Virus record (IMG/VR): IMGVR_UViG_3300033984_000473
Location: 62,001-126,000 of that record
Direction: 5' to 3' (one strand)
Length of the DNA: 64,000 nucleotides
Under the pieces are notes generated by a model. That model worked only from the letters and a program-made list of their open reading frames with translations. It had not been told where the DNA came from and did not search any database. Shown piece by piece: positions 48,922 through 58,804 of this stretch (the first letter of the stretch is position 1; every line of letters starts with the position of its first letter). Made by a program: the position numbers and the translations under genes.

Positions 48922-49419
48922 TTAGATTTTTTTAGTTGCACCGTTAGCATCTGTAGCTATCATATAGCTATTCAACCTTGTTAACCATTTATGGTTAGTT
49001 ATGAAGTCACTTGCTCTGTTAAGACTTTTTGTTTTGAATAACAAATTATCTGTTTGGTCGTAAACTCTAAAGGTAAGACTTGATGTTGCATCAAATCTGT
49101 ATTTGAAACGGTCTTCTTTGAAGTAATCATCACGATTACCTATTGCTTTCACTTTGATTGATGTGTAATCATCCCAGTTGGTTGATTGGTAGCCATCTTC
49201 GTTTGGTTCTTCCAAAGCATAGATACTAAGATAAGGTTTTTCACCTTTGGTATCTTCCCATGTAAAGTTGATATCCCATACTACATCGTTTTGGTCTTGG
49301 ATTGAGTTCCAATTATCGTGTAAGTCACCCTCTCTTAGGTCAACTACGTGTTCTTCTCCGTTGAAGATAATTGTAAGTGTTTTAGTTTTGCAATTTACAA
49401 TGGCTGAATTCTTTTTCAT
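48922..49419 (-). CDS. hypothetical protein
   Basis: Own promoter. Confidence 0.75.
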   Translation of the reverse strand: MKKNSAIVNCKTKTLTIIFNGEEHVVDLREGDLHDNWNSIQDQNDVVWDINFTWEDTKGEKPYLSIYALEEPNEDGYQSTNWDDYTSIKVKAIGNRDDYFKEDRFKYRFDATSSLTFRVYDQTDNLLFKTKSLNRASDFITNHKWLTRLNSYMIATDANGATKKI

Positions 49420-49478
49420 AATTATTGGTTTATGTTAATGATGATACAAAGGTAAGAATAATATTTTAGATAACCTAA

Positions 49479-49787
49479 TTAATTCTTAGAAATATTTAAC
49501 TCAATACCCATTGAAGTCATTAGGGTTTCAAAAGAGTTGATTTCAAAATAATCTAAAGCATCTTTAAATGTTAGTATATTTAAAGCCAAATACCGTAATT
49601 GTCTATCAATTGATGCTTTGATTGTTCTTTCTGGAACACTGGTTAAGTTAGATAGTGCATATTTTTCATATGTTAATTCACTTGAAACTTCTTCCAAGTT
49701 GATTATCATTTCTAATGTTTTAGAATAATTTAGTTTAGTAATAACTTCTTCGAGTGTGAAAAGTTTAGTATTAACGTTGATTGCCAT
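49479..49787 (-). CDS. hypothetical protein
   Basis: Own promoter. Confidence 0.6.
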   Translation of the reverse strand: MAINVNTKLFTLEEVITKLNYSKTLEMIINLEEVSSELTYEKYALSNLTSVPERTIKASIDRQLRYLALNILTFKDALDYFEINSFETLMTSMGIELNISKN

Positions 49788-50052
49788 AATTTATATTGAT
49801 TAGAATACAAAGGTACATATAAATATTGATATATCCTAATTTTATATAAAAAAAGGGTAGACTAGCTACCCATTTCTCCAATATACAAGAACCACCAAGT
49901 ATATTTATCACTAACATAAAACTAATACCATACTAGTATAGTTATTATAGTTAGTTATTTATATATTATTTATTATATTTTATTATTATAATACAAAGGT
50001 ACGGATTTTTTAGGACAATTTCAAGTAAATTTACTTTTATTTTTATTAAATT

Positions 50053-50673
50053 TTAGATATTATCGTAATTAAGTGGTTCATCAAGTCTTAAACGGTTAGG
50101 TGAATCGTTATAATCACCCAACTTTAGTACTTTATTTACCCAATCTTTGTCTTTATTAACGATAGAATTACCTTTTATACACCCAAATACGAAAAGTAGT
50201 AGTACAAATCCAAATAAATATGCTAACTTGCTATGATAATTTTCAATTTTTTCATTTATCCAATAAAATAATGGTCTTCCAAACAACATCAACCCACTAA
50301 TTGTAATCAAAACACCTAGATTTATAGATACCAATAGGTTAATGAACCAATAACACCCTGTTCCAGTGTCACCATTACAGATAAAACTTAATAATAGTAG
50401 TATTAACCACCCATGGTAACAATCATATAGGAAGTACCCACTAAATATGATACCTAATACATATAGCATATTAAACCTACCATTGAAAGATAGTATTGAT
50501 ACCAATAAAACAATAGGTGCTACAAATCCAGAGAACAACGCACCGAACAATAGATATACAAAGAAATTAGCAGAAGCTATATTTGCATACGTTGAGAAAT
50601 CATATTCGTTGGCAGTAAACTTACTACCATCAGCGTTCGTGCCTTTAAAGACACTCTTTGGAAATATATTCAT
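50053..50673 (-). CDS. polytopic membrane protein
   Basis: About 4-5 TM segments. Confidence 0.75.
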   Translation of the reverse strand: MNIFPKSVFKGTNADGSKFTANEYDFSTYANIASANFFVYLLFGALFSGFVAPIVLLVSILSFNGRFNMLYVLGIIFSGYFLYDCYHGWLILLLLSFICNGDTGTGCYWFINLLVSINLGVLITISGLMLFGRPLFYWINEKIENYHSKLAYLFGFVLLLFVFGCIKGNSIVNKDKDWVNKVLKLGDYNDSPNRLRLDEPLNYDNI

Positions 50674-50683
50674 AGTTTTGTTT

Positions 50684-50902
50684 TTATAGTTCGTCTATCG
50701 AATCCAAATAAATGATTGTATCATTCACTGTAATGTACTCTCTATCTTCCATTTCGGAATCATACCATACTTGAAACCAACCCAACGTACATGGTTCACT
50801 TAAATCATCATAAAGACAAACAACATCACCCTTATGCTCGAAGAATAAGTTTTCTTCGCTTGAAAAATCTGCGTACTCGATTACTTTTATTGTGTTTGAC
50901 AT
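50684..50902 (-). CDS. hypothetical acidic protein
   Basis: Operon context. Confidence 0.7.
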   Translation of the reverse strand: MSNTIKVIEYADFSSEENLFFEHKGDVVCLYDDLSEPCTLGWFQVWYDSEMEDREYITVNDTIIYLDSIDEL

Positions 50903-50914
50903 GGCTTTTGGTTT

Positions 50915-51253
50915 TTAGTTATAGTTAAAGGTATTTGCAACTTCATTCATTCTGGCGTAAGCACGTTCAAGGTTTCCAAATGAACCCACACTAGCAGTTT
51001 CATCTTTCAAGTCTTTGTAGACTTCCGTACCATCAGCAAATTCAGTACATTCTTCAACTACAAGCCAAACCTTGTATGTTTTTTTAACCACTAGGGTTGA
51101 TAAATGGTCACGTAGTGCTTGGAAGCAAAGAGTTCCACCAGTACATTCACCAGTTTTGATATTGATTTTACCGTAAGATTTCGTGTTGTCTTCGGCATCA
51201 AAGGCTACAATGTTGTTACCTTTCTTTTTAAATTTAAACTTTAATTCTGACAT
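50915..51253 (-). CDS. hypothetical protein
   Basis: Own promoter. Confidence 0.7.
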   Translation of the reverse strand: MSELKFKFKKKGNNIVAFDAEDNTKSYGKINIKTGECTGGTLCFQALRDHLSTLVVKKTYKVWLVVEECTEFADGTEVYKDLKDETASVGSFGNLERAYARMNEVANTFNYN

Positions 51254-51331
51254 GACTTTTGGTTTTTATTAATGATTAGAGTACAAAGGTAAGGAATGTT
51301 TTTGACATATCCTAATTTTATTAAATATTTT

Positions 51332-51727
51332 TTATTCAGTTTCAAATCCTTCGTAGTATTCGATTTCTTCTAAAAATTCTTCACAAGTGAATGTATTAGA
51401 TACCTTATCCCAAACGATTATCCCATCAACCCAATCAACATACGCATCTTGGTCTTCGTGGTTAACAACGGCTCTAACAGCTTCAACAACTTCTTCGTCA
51501 GTATCTAACTCGCAAAGTAAATGACGTACTCTGGTGATTACATTCTGTTTTTCAGTTGGCACCACACCCATTCCAGATTGTGCGATTTCATCAACGTGGT
51601 CTTCTTCGACATACATCAAAGCATTGGCTTTCATTGTGTCACGTTCATCATCGTTGGTAGTAAAATTATCGATATAGTTTTCGATAATCATCAATTTAAT
51701 CTCTTGTGTTTTTGTTAATTTTGACAT
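51332..51727 (-). CDS. hypothetical acidic protein
   Basis: Own promoter. Confidence 0.75.
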   Translation of the reverse strand: MSKLTKTQEIKLMIIENYIDNFTTNDDERDTMKANALMYVEEDHVDEIAQSGMGVVPTEKQNVITRVRHLLCELDTDEEVVEAVRAVVNHEDQDAYVDWVDGIIVWDKVSNTFTCEEFLEEIEYYEGFETE

Positions 51728-51817
51728 AGCTTTTGGTATTTGTTATTGATTAGAGTACAAAGGTAAGTAAAATCCTGGACACTTGCAAATTTTTGCCCAG
51801 GTTTTTTTAAATTATTT

Positions 51818-52450
51818 TTAGATGCACTTGATAATCCAGTGTTTATCACCTCTTTCCAATTCAAAAGTTTCTGGTGAATCATCCCAATCCAAGAATGTTT
51901 GAACACCCTCTCTTACATCACCTTCGCTAAATTTTAAGCTTAATGTAGTTGAATAAATCATTTCACCACTCGTTACATCAGAATGCAAGTATTCATCACA
52001 CAAGATATCGTAAACTTCGTCTGACTTATCATCATCAACTTCAACAGTTTCAAAATAGTTACAAAACTTTTCAAGACTAGCATAATCTTCTCTATGGATT
52101 CTTAGGTTGATATTCCAGTCGTCTTCGTGAGTCATTCTGGACTCGTTATCGTGATGATTTATACCATCGATAGAGAAAGACATGATTTCTTCTTTACAAC
52201 GCAACCACGTGTCTAATTCAACACTAGCGTAAACATCAATATAGTTTTCGATGTCTTCATCTTCTGATTCTTCGTAAGGACATTCGGTATCATCAACGAT
52301 TTCATCAATGCTATCAAATGGAGAATCCATAAGATTTTCAGATAACTTTGGAACTGCAAGTTCCATTATCTCTTGTTCTGTTGCATCGATATCAACAATT
52401 ACTCTTGTTACCAACGATACTCTTACTAATTTTGCTACTTTTTTTGACAT
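51818..52450 (-). CDS. hypothetical acidic protein
   Basis: 210 aa; own promoter. Confidence 0.75.
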   Translation of the reverse strand: MSKKVAKLVRVSLVTRVIVDIDATEQEIMELAVPKLSENLMDSPFDSIDEIVDDTECPYEESEDEDIENYIDVYASVELDTWLRCKEEIMSFSIDGINHHDNESRMTHEDDWNINLRIHREDYASLEKFCNYFETVEVDDDKSDEVYDILCDEYLHSDVTSGEMIYSTTLSLKFSEGDVREGVQTFLDWDDSPETFELERGDKHWIIKCI

Positions 52451-52525
52451 GACTTTTGGTTTTTGTTAGTGTTACTATTTTAATACCCGACAAAGGTAAA
52501 ACAAATTTTTGATTTGTGCAAATTT

Positions 52526-52807
52526 TTATAGAACTTTTTTTGGTTGACCTGTTGGTTTACTATAACCATCTTTGGATTCAACAGCGTATATACAAGGTTC
52601 TGTAATTTCAATACCTTCCATAACTTCAGTACCATCGTTGCCCCATGATTGGTAAAAGTAATCTCTAACATAACTTATAGATATTCTTTTACCTATGGTA
52701 TCAAATAATTCAACTACTTGCTTTTGAGAAGAAGCCATAATATAATATCGAGTTCCTTTATCTGACCCAAATTGACTCCAGTAACTAAATTGTTTTAATT
52801 TTTTCAT
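52526..52807 (-). CDS. hypothetical protein
   Basis: Start corrected to MKKLK. Confidence 0.7.
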   Translation of the reverse strand: MKKLKQFSYWSQFGSDKGTRYYIMASSQKQVVELFDTIGKRISISYVRDYFYQSWGNDGTEVMEGIEITEPCIYAVESKDGYSKPTGQPKKVL

Positions 52808-52835
52808 AGTACAAAGGTAAACAAAAAAAATGACA

Positions 52836-52982
52836 CTACCTAACGATAATGTCATTATTTTTTCTATTTTCTTCTATTTGTTTCTTTTCCAAGCTTTTAC
52901 GATAGCGTAACATTTTCTTACCATATTCATTTGCGAACACTGGGTCACCCATCCTTATAGGGTTATAGGTCGGAATCTTCAT
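52836..52982 (-). CDS. small hypothetical protein
   Basis: Likely start MKIPTY. Confidence 0.5.
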   Translation of the reverse strand: MKIPTYNPIRMGDPVFANEYGKKMLRYRKSLEKKQIEENRKNNDIIVR

Positions 52983-53095
52983 ATCTGTCTTTTTTGTTCT
53001 TATAGTATTTCTTAGTCCCAATGTGGATACTAGGAAAACCATTCATAAGAAATGCAAATGCTAAGATACATAATGGTATTGCGAATACTTCCATA

Positions 53096-53722
53096 TTACT
53101 TTTTCTTTTTTAAAATTTCACTCAACTGTCTTTCAGCAATCGTAATCACCGATACTATCTTTCTACAATCTTCATCGGATAATAGATTTGTACCACCAAC
53201 CATGTCTTTTATACCTCTAGCAGATAAATTGACATAGATATTTTTCAAGTCGTTTACCTTTAACATAGCACGTTGAACTGGCTTTGCGTTTCCACCTTGT
53301 GCCAATATGTCTGCGTTAATCTTTTCCTTTCCGTATCTACGAGGAATATCACTTTCTTTCTTCACGGACACTTTGTCCTTGATAATGTCCTTGATAGGTT
53401 CTTCAACCACTTCTTCGATAACTTCAACGACTTCTGGTGTTACCATAGAAACATTGATAACCTTTCCATCTTCACTAGCCAAACGCAAGTACTTATCGAT
53501 TAATTCTTTCTTGGTAAGAATAATCATCTGGAAGATACTAGAAATCAAGTCTTTGGTTTCATCATTAAGTTTACCTTCTTTCTGTAGTTTATATAACATA
53601 GAGAAAGGTATGTTGATTTCACCGCTGAATATGTCACGTAAATCATCATCTTGTTCAATGATAGCCAGTGTGATTAGTTCATCATAATCTAAATCACGTA
53701 TTTTTTCTACTGTTGTTGCCAT
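53096..53722 (-). CDS. hypothetical protein
   Basis: 208 aa. Confidence 0.75.
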   Translation of the reverse strand: MATTVEKIRDLDYDELITLAIIEQDDDLRDIFSGEINIPFSMLYKLQKEGKLNDETKDLISSIFQMIILTKKELIDKYLRLASEDGKVINVSMVTPEVVEVIEEVVEEPIKDIIKDKVSVKKESDIPRRYGKEKINADILAQGGNAKPVQRAMLKVNDLKNIYVNLSARGIKDMVGGTNLLSDEDCRKIVSVITIAERQLSEILKKKK

Positions 53723-53724
53723 AC

Positions 53725-54078
53725 TTATACTTTTACTGCTCTTTCTTTAATCTCAATTAAAATTTCGTCATGCTTCGCCAATCGTTTATCGTTAGCCACC
53801 TTCAACGTTTTGATTGAGTTTCTAAGAGTATCACAAGTAGATGATAATATGATTACGTCTAACTTGTTAATTCTACGCTTTTCTAACAACGCTTGTAAGT
53901 ATTTCAACTTCTCGTGTGACTTATAGGTAGCACCCAATTTCGTTCCTTCTAAGTTATGGTAAAATTCAGAGAGTTCGCAGTCAATTTTGCTTTGGTCTAC
54001 TCTGGAAGCTTCTAATAATGCTTCAATGTTTTCGTACTCTTTAATAAAGTTGGTAACGATGGTAATTTGATTGCTCAT
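53725..54078 (-). CDS. coiled-coil hypothetical protein
   Basis: Own promoter. Confidence 0.7.
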   Translation of the reverse strand: MSNQITIVTNFIKEYENIEALLEASRVDQSKIDCELSEFYHNLEGTKLGATYKSHEKLKYLQALLEKRRINKLDVIILSSTCDTLRNSIKTLKVANDKRLAKHDEILIEIKERAVKV

Positions 54079-54142
54079 AATGGTAAGTGTTAATGATTAG
54101 AATGCAAAGGTAAGAATAATATTTGAATATACCAAATAAATC

Positions 54143-54544
54143 CTAGAAAAAATCTTCGTCAAATGGTTGATTTAATAAACGTTCTCTTTCTGTTATAAAT
54201 TCTTCTTTGGTAATTTCAACAAAATATCGGTCTTTACCAAGCATTATCTCTAACGCTGTTCGTCTAATATCGTTGGTATCTGAAAGCCAGTAATCTTGTC
54301 TACAATCTTTAGTAGGTACAAAATCAGTATAGAATTGCTTTCCTCTCTCAACTTCAAAGAGTAAAAAAGTGGTTGAGTATTTTACAAGAATACCAAATAG
54401 AATAACACCTCTAGCGAAAAAAGCACCATCATCATTTCTTTTGTAAAACTTATCTTGTGTTGGATATTTTAAGTTGATTGTTTCTCTAACTTCTTCAACA
54501 ATTGTTTTTTTAGCTCTTGTAAGTAATTGAATTTCTTTTACCAT
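54143..54544 (-). CDS. hypothetical protein
   Basis: Start corrected to MVKE. Confidence 0.65.
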   Translation of the reverse strand: MVKEIQLLTRAKKTIVEEVRETINLKYPTQDKFYKRNDDGAFFARGVILFGILVKYSTTFLLFEVERGKQFYTDFVPTKDCRQDYWLSDTNDIRRTALEIMLGKDRYFVEITKEEFITERERLLNQPFDEDFF

Positions 54545-54769
54545 TTTATTGTGTATTAAATTAAAAGACAAAGGTACATATAATATTTGAACCTACCAAA
54601 TAAAAAATGGTAAATTTTACTTGCATATTAAAAAAGTTTGTTATACCTTTGCAGAACTTACATAAAACTTGTAGTCTAACCAACTACAACCAAAGCCATG
54701 CGACCCAACACCAAATACGGTGATTGGGTTTACGTGTTGACTATTTTATTTTTTTAACTATATTTGTAT

Positions 54770-55219
54770 ATGACAAAAGAAGAAAAGTGTAAAATAGTTA
54801 TAGATAAAGGTTTTACCTACAACCCAGAAACTGGAATTATTTATGGTGTTAGAGGTGGTGTTTTAAAAAATATGGACGGTAGAGGATATTTCGAAATAAA
54901 CTTCAATTATGAAAAAAAGAGATATTATTTAAAAGGTCATATCTTTGCATGGTATTGGGTTAATAAGGAATGTGTTGAAGAAATAGACCATATAAATAGA
55001 ATACGTTCAGATAATAGAATCGATAATTTAAGAAGTGTGACTCGTGGTCAAAATATGTGGAACACTAAAGGTAAAGGTTTTTATTATCATAAAAATATAA
55101 AAAAATGGCACGTACAAATAACCGTAAATAATGTTAAAAAACACATTGGTTATTTTGATACTGAAGAAGAAGCTAATAAAATTTATAAACTAAATAAAAA
55201 TCTATATCATTTAATTTAA
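54770..55219 (+). CDS. HNH homing endonuclease (HNH_3 with AP2-like C-terminus)
   Basis: IDHINRIRSDNRIDNLR; KKWHVQITVNNVKKHIGYFDTEEEA. Confidence 0.9.
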   Translation: MTKEEKCKIVIDKGFTYNPETGIIYGVRGGVLKNMDGRGYFEINFNYEKKRYYLKGHIFAWYWVNKECVEEIDHINRIRSDNRIDNLRSVTRGQNMWNTKGKGFYYHKNIKKWHVQITVNNVKKHIGYFDTEEEANKIYKLNKNLYHLI

Positions 55220-55297
55220 GAAAATCGTTTATATCGGCAGTAATCACCGTTAACTAATAAAATGTTAAACTATGATAGAAAAAAAGATTCAGAAATA

Positions 55298-55325
55298 AAA
55301 AACCCCGAACAGTGTCGGGGTTAGT
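55298..55325. terminator. bidirectional terminator
   Basis: AACCCCGA-ACAGTG-TCGGGGTT between convergent genes. Confidence 0.65.
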
Positions 55326-55330
55326 GTGTA

Positions 55331-55696
55331 TTAGTTATAAGCACCAGGATTCTTAGTTACCTTACTAAGAGCGGCTGCTTCTTTGGGTGAAAGATGTCTA
55401 TCATTTCTACCGAAGATTTTCTGTGTGAATTTACCTCTCGCACTGGCATCTGTTGCTGAACCTAAGTTAGCGTCTTCAATGGCTTGAGAAATCTTAAGGG
55501 ATTTACCAGGACCAACTGCTTGTCTTATCTCAATGGTTTGAGTATCCACTTTCTTTTGTTCTTTTGGTGAAAGCTCACCATATTCTTTGCTAGTTTCCTC
55601 ATCTTCAGATTTAGGCTCTTGCGTATTTTTACTTTTCTCTGCCAAGCGTTTGAATAAGTTCTCTCTCAAAGCTTGTTTTATAAATGTTTTTATCAT
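55331..55696 (-). CDS. hypothetical protein
   Basis: N-terminus MIKTFIKQALRE. Confidence 0.75.
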   Translation of the reverse strand: MIKTFIKQALRENLFKRLAEKSKNTQEPKSEDEETSKEYGELSPKEQKKVDTQTIEIRQAVGPGKSLKISQAIEDANLGSATDASARGKFTQKIFGRNDRHLSPKEAAALSKVTKNPGAYN

Positions 55697-55748
55697 GACG
55701 TATTTCTTTTAATATAAATATCTAGTTTTTCAATAAAAGACAACCTCT

Positions 55749-55768
55749 ATGTACACAATTGTGTACAT
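55749..55768. repeat. perfect 20-bp palindrome ATGTACACAATTGTGTACAT
   Basis: Best copy of the six-member family. Confidence 0.75.
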
Positions 55769-55771
55769 GAC

Positions 55772-56110
55772 TTATTCATTCATCCTTATTATTTGCTCTA
55801 AGTCGTCCTTACTTAAAACCGCATTTATTTCATTGATACCCACTTCAACATCTTGTCCAGTTATTTCAAAAATCTTATATCGAATATCAGTAATTCGGTT
55901 ATTCAATTCAATTATCTTTTTATCGGCCCAGAAATCCCAAATATCTTGAAGTTCGTCATCCTCAATACCAAAAATAACTTTAAGGTTTTCGAATACAGTT
56001 CTAAGATACACGTCTTTTTTCGTATATCTATCTTGTAACATGTAAGATGAGTACGTTGATAACGTAAAACGATATTGGTCGTCTAAGAATTTAGATACTA
56101 TCTCCTTCAT
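55772..56110 (-). CDS. hypothetical protein
   Basis: Operon with sigma gene. Confidence 0.7.
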   Translation of the reverse strand: MKEIVSKFLDDQYRFTLSTYSSYMLQDRYTKKDVYLRTVFENLKVIFGIEDDELQDIWDFWADKKIIELNNRITDIRYKIFEITGQDVEVGINEINAVLSKDDLEQIIRMNE

Positions 56111-56387
56111 AATCAAATTTTAATTGTTTGGATTGTAATTTTAAGATTTCTTCGTTACATATTTCTTTGAAGGCTGCCGCTACTATTGTATCTTCAACAC
56201 CAAATAATTTGTTCAATAAATTGTACACGTTGTAGTTATTAACTTCACACTTTTCCTCATAACTAAAAATACTAAAGCTTCTATATCCATTGGAAATGTC
56301 ATCAGTAAATGGATATATCCTATAAACTTTATAATGCTTGCGAATATAAACCTTCACAAGCATTACGTTATGTTTTACAATGTCCAT
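56091..56387 (-). CDS. hypothetical protein
   Basis: Operon with sigma gene. Confidence 0.6.
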   Translation of the reverse strand: MDIVKHNVMLVKVYIRKHYKVYRIYPFTDDISNGYRSFSIFSYEEKCEVNNYNVYNLLNKLFGVEDTIVAAAFKEICNEEILKLQSKQLKFDYEGDSI

Positions 56388-57271
56388 TAGTTCATCTCAT
56401 TGTATGCTAAATTTACTCTAGCATTTTGTCTTAATTTCTTAAGTGATTTTTCTTTGATTTGACGAGCCATCTCACGTGTGATGCCAACTTCATCACCAAT
56501 CTCTTTCAAGGTCATTGGTATCGCCCCATTCAACCCAAACAACGCTTCCATTACACGTTTATCTCTTGGTTTCAATATATCTAGACTAGCCGCAATCTCT
56601 GATTGGACATCTTGTTGATATAATAAATGGTCAGTAGCCTTATATGTTGAATCATCAGAGATTAAATCTGATAACATAGACCCAGAACCACCATCATCAG
56701 TTCCAATAGTACGGTCCATTGAGTCCATGTTGTATGTATTCAAGACATCCAAGAACATAAAGTCCTCACTAGATATCTCGTTTCCAAACTCACTTATCAC
56801 TTCGTTGATGTCAACACTACGACCAGCTTTTTGTTCCAATTCTTGGATGTACTTATCCAACTTAGACAAGTTATTAACCTTGTTTGCTGGAATACGAACC
56901 AACTTACCATATTTGGTAATGTGTTCCATAATGATTTTTCTAACCCACCATACAGCATATGAAATGAATTTGTAGCCCATGTCTGGTGTGAACTTTTCAG
57001 CCGCCAATACCAACCCAATGTTACCTTCGTTAACCAAGTCTTCCAAGTGAACATTTTCTGTAGCATATTGCTTAGCAACCGATACTACGAAACGTAGATT
57101 TCTACGTACCAATTCATCGATAGCCTTTCTATCGCCTTTACTAGCCTTTTCAGTACATATCTTTTCTTCTTCTGGTGTGAACATAGGAATACATGAAATG
57201 TCTTTCAAATACTGTTTAAACGATTCATTTTCCGTGTTCGTGTACTTCTGTGCAATTTTAAATTGTCTCAT
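56387..57271 (-). CDS. RNA polymerase sigma factor, RpoD/SigA family (short Bacteroidota type)
   Basis: YLKDI (1.2), NLRFVVSVAKQY, DLVNEGNIGL, KFISYAVWWVR, MTLKEIG..TREMARQIKEKSLKKLR. Confidence 0.95.
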   Translation of the reverse strand: MRQFKIAQKYTNTENESFKQYLKDISCIPMFTPEEEKICTEKASKGDRKAIDELVRRNLRFVVSVAKQYATENVHLEDLVNEGNIGLVLAAEKFTPDMGYKFISYAVWWVRKIIMEHITKYGKLVRIPANKVNNLSKLDKYIQELEQKAGRSVDINEVISEFGNEISSEDFMFLDVLNTYNMDSMDRTIGTDDGGSGSMLSDLISDDSTYKATDHLLYQQDVQSEIAASLDILKPRDKRVMEALFGLNGAIPMTLKEIGDEVGITREMARQIKEKSLKKLRQNARVNLAYNEMN

Positions 57272-57339
57272 AAAAAATTTTGGGGTTTAGTTGTTTATTG
57301 TTAAGTGCAAAGGTAGGAATAATATTACATATATCCTAA

Positions 57340-57783
57340 TTAATCTAAGTTTCTTTCAACTTCTCTTTTTAAGTCTTTCTCTTTCAAACTGTTGCGTTTG
57401 TCGTATAGGTGCTTACCTTTGGCAAGACCAATTTCCACTTTAATGAATCCAGTGTTCGATAGTATAATCTCTAAAGGTACAATAGTCAAGCCTTTTTGTG
57501 AAATACTTTCACGTAATTTGATTATTTCTTTCTTCTTCATAAGAAGTTTTCTATCCCTTAGTGGTTGATGGTTATAGTATTTACCACCTTCTTTGTGTTC
57601 AGTTACGTGCATTCCTTTGATGAAGATTTCATCATTGGTAATAAAACAATAGGCTTCTACTATAGAAACCTTGCTTGATTTTATTGATTTAACCTCGGAA
57701 CCTTGTAATTGAATACCAGCTATGTGCTTTTCGAGTATAATGTATTCAAAATATGCTCGTTTGTTTTTAGTTATTGATTTCAT
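57340..57783 (-). CDS. smpB: SsrA-binding protein SmpB
   Basis: NKRAYFEY, AGIQLQGSEVKS, RKLLMKKKEI, GLTIVPL, LAKGKHLYDKR. Confidence 0.95.
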   Translation of the reverse strand: MKSITKNKRAYFEYIILEKHIAGIQLQGSEVKSIKSSKVSIVEAYCFITNDEIFIKGMHVTEHKEGGKYYNHQPLRDRKLLMKKKEIIKLRESISQKGLTIVPLEIILSNTGFIKVEIGLAKGKHLYDKRNSLKEKDLKREVERNLD

Positions 57784-57815
57784 TGTACAAAGGTACGATT
57801 AAATTAGTTAATATC

Positions 57816-58511
57816 CTAGAGTTTTTTCGCTATCGGTATGTTTTTTTCTATTACTAGATACTCACCACTAGTACCTATGGTATCTATAGCAATGATTTTA
57901 TCAGTGATTACTATGTTTTCTTGTGTAGTATGCCCTATTACATATGTAATATCATCAATAGTATCAGCAAATAGCGATGGAATACGTACCCATATAGGTG
58001 ATTGGGTAACATCGTTACCTGTTTGACTCATATTTGGACCGTATGCAAAGCAAAATGAGTCTAAATCAGTAGTAAATTTATCATTTATTTCCTTTTCTAG
58101 GTCATTTGTTTTGATTCCATTGCGTAAACACCATGTTTTTGTTACTCCAGCATGTGTAAAAACATATTTATCATGTTGAAAACACATTTGGACTAGTCCA
58201 GAATCTATTGCTGGTTGTAAAACTGTGTTAATATCTAATGCTCTGTATGTATTATGACCAGAATATTTCTCTCCAGCACCTTTTAAATAGTGAAAATCAT
58301 GGTTACCAAGAAGTAAAACTACTTGTTCCATGTTATTTTTCTTAAATTCTAAGATTTTTGTGAAGTTTTCTATCTGTTGGTCAGTAGTAATATCATAATG
58401 AGTATCAAAATAGTCACCTATGAAGATAATTTTATCAGCATCCTTATTTTTTTTCACGATTTCTTCCCATAATACACGACCATGTGTATCACCTAGTGCT
58501 ACTATCTTCAT
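57816..58511 (-). CDS. calcineurin-like metallophosphoesterase
   Basis: GDTHG, GDYFD, GNHD, THAG, GHT. Confidence 0.9.
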   Translation of the reverse strand: MKIVALGDTHGRVLWEEIVKKNKDADKIIFIGDYFDTHYDITTDQQIENFTKILEFKKNNMEQVVLLLGNHDFHYLKGAGEKYSGHNTYRALDINTVLQPAIDSGLVQMCFQHDKYVFTHAGVTKTWCLRNGIKTNDLEKEINDKFTTDLDSFCFAYGPNMSQTGNDVTQSPIWVRIPSLFADTIDDITYVIGHTTQENIVITDKIIAIDTIGTSGEYLVIEKNIPIAKKL

Positions 58512-58528
58512 ATTCTATTCTTTTTATG

Positions 58529-58627
58529 TACATAGCGAGGGAATCGAACCCCCATCTCCGCAAGCGATTGGTACTGCATCTCACGATGTGCTCCCATTTC
58601 GGCACTCTACCACTGAGCTAGCTACAT
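58529..58627 (-). tRNA. tRNA-like RNA with extended anticodon arm (99 nt), G3-U70
   Basis: D-arm GCTCAGTGGTAGAGT; T-arm GGGGG-TTCGATT-CCCTC; no 7-nt anticodon loop. Confidence 0.55.
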
Positions 58628-58735
58628 ATTCGGTTATACTATATGGTGGTCTATCACCTTAGCCTTTCGCTAAAACTGTTAATGTGTGCCTCACTGGACT
58701 ACTCAACCAATGTCGCTTTAATAGTATAACCTAGA

Positions 58736-58804
58736 AACTCATACTGGATTCGAACCAGTGTCTGCGGGCTCCACGCCCCCCGTGGTTCCACTCCACTAAT
58801 GAAT
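58736..58804 (-). tRNA. atypical short tRNA (anticodon possibly TGG, uncertain)
   Basis: D stem GTGG/CCAC; T-arm ACTGG-TTCGAAT-CCAGT; irregular anticodon arm. Confidence 0.5.

Noticed and set aside
25148-56975. Long antisense ORFs such as 25148-25483, 26620-26937, 53307-53687, 56727-56975, also 13601-13912
   Set aside because: Shadows of real minus-strand genes, with no promoter or leader and unnatural composition
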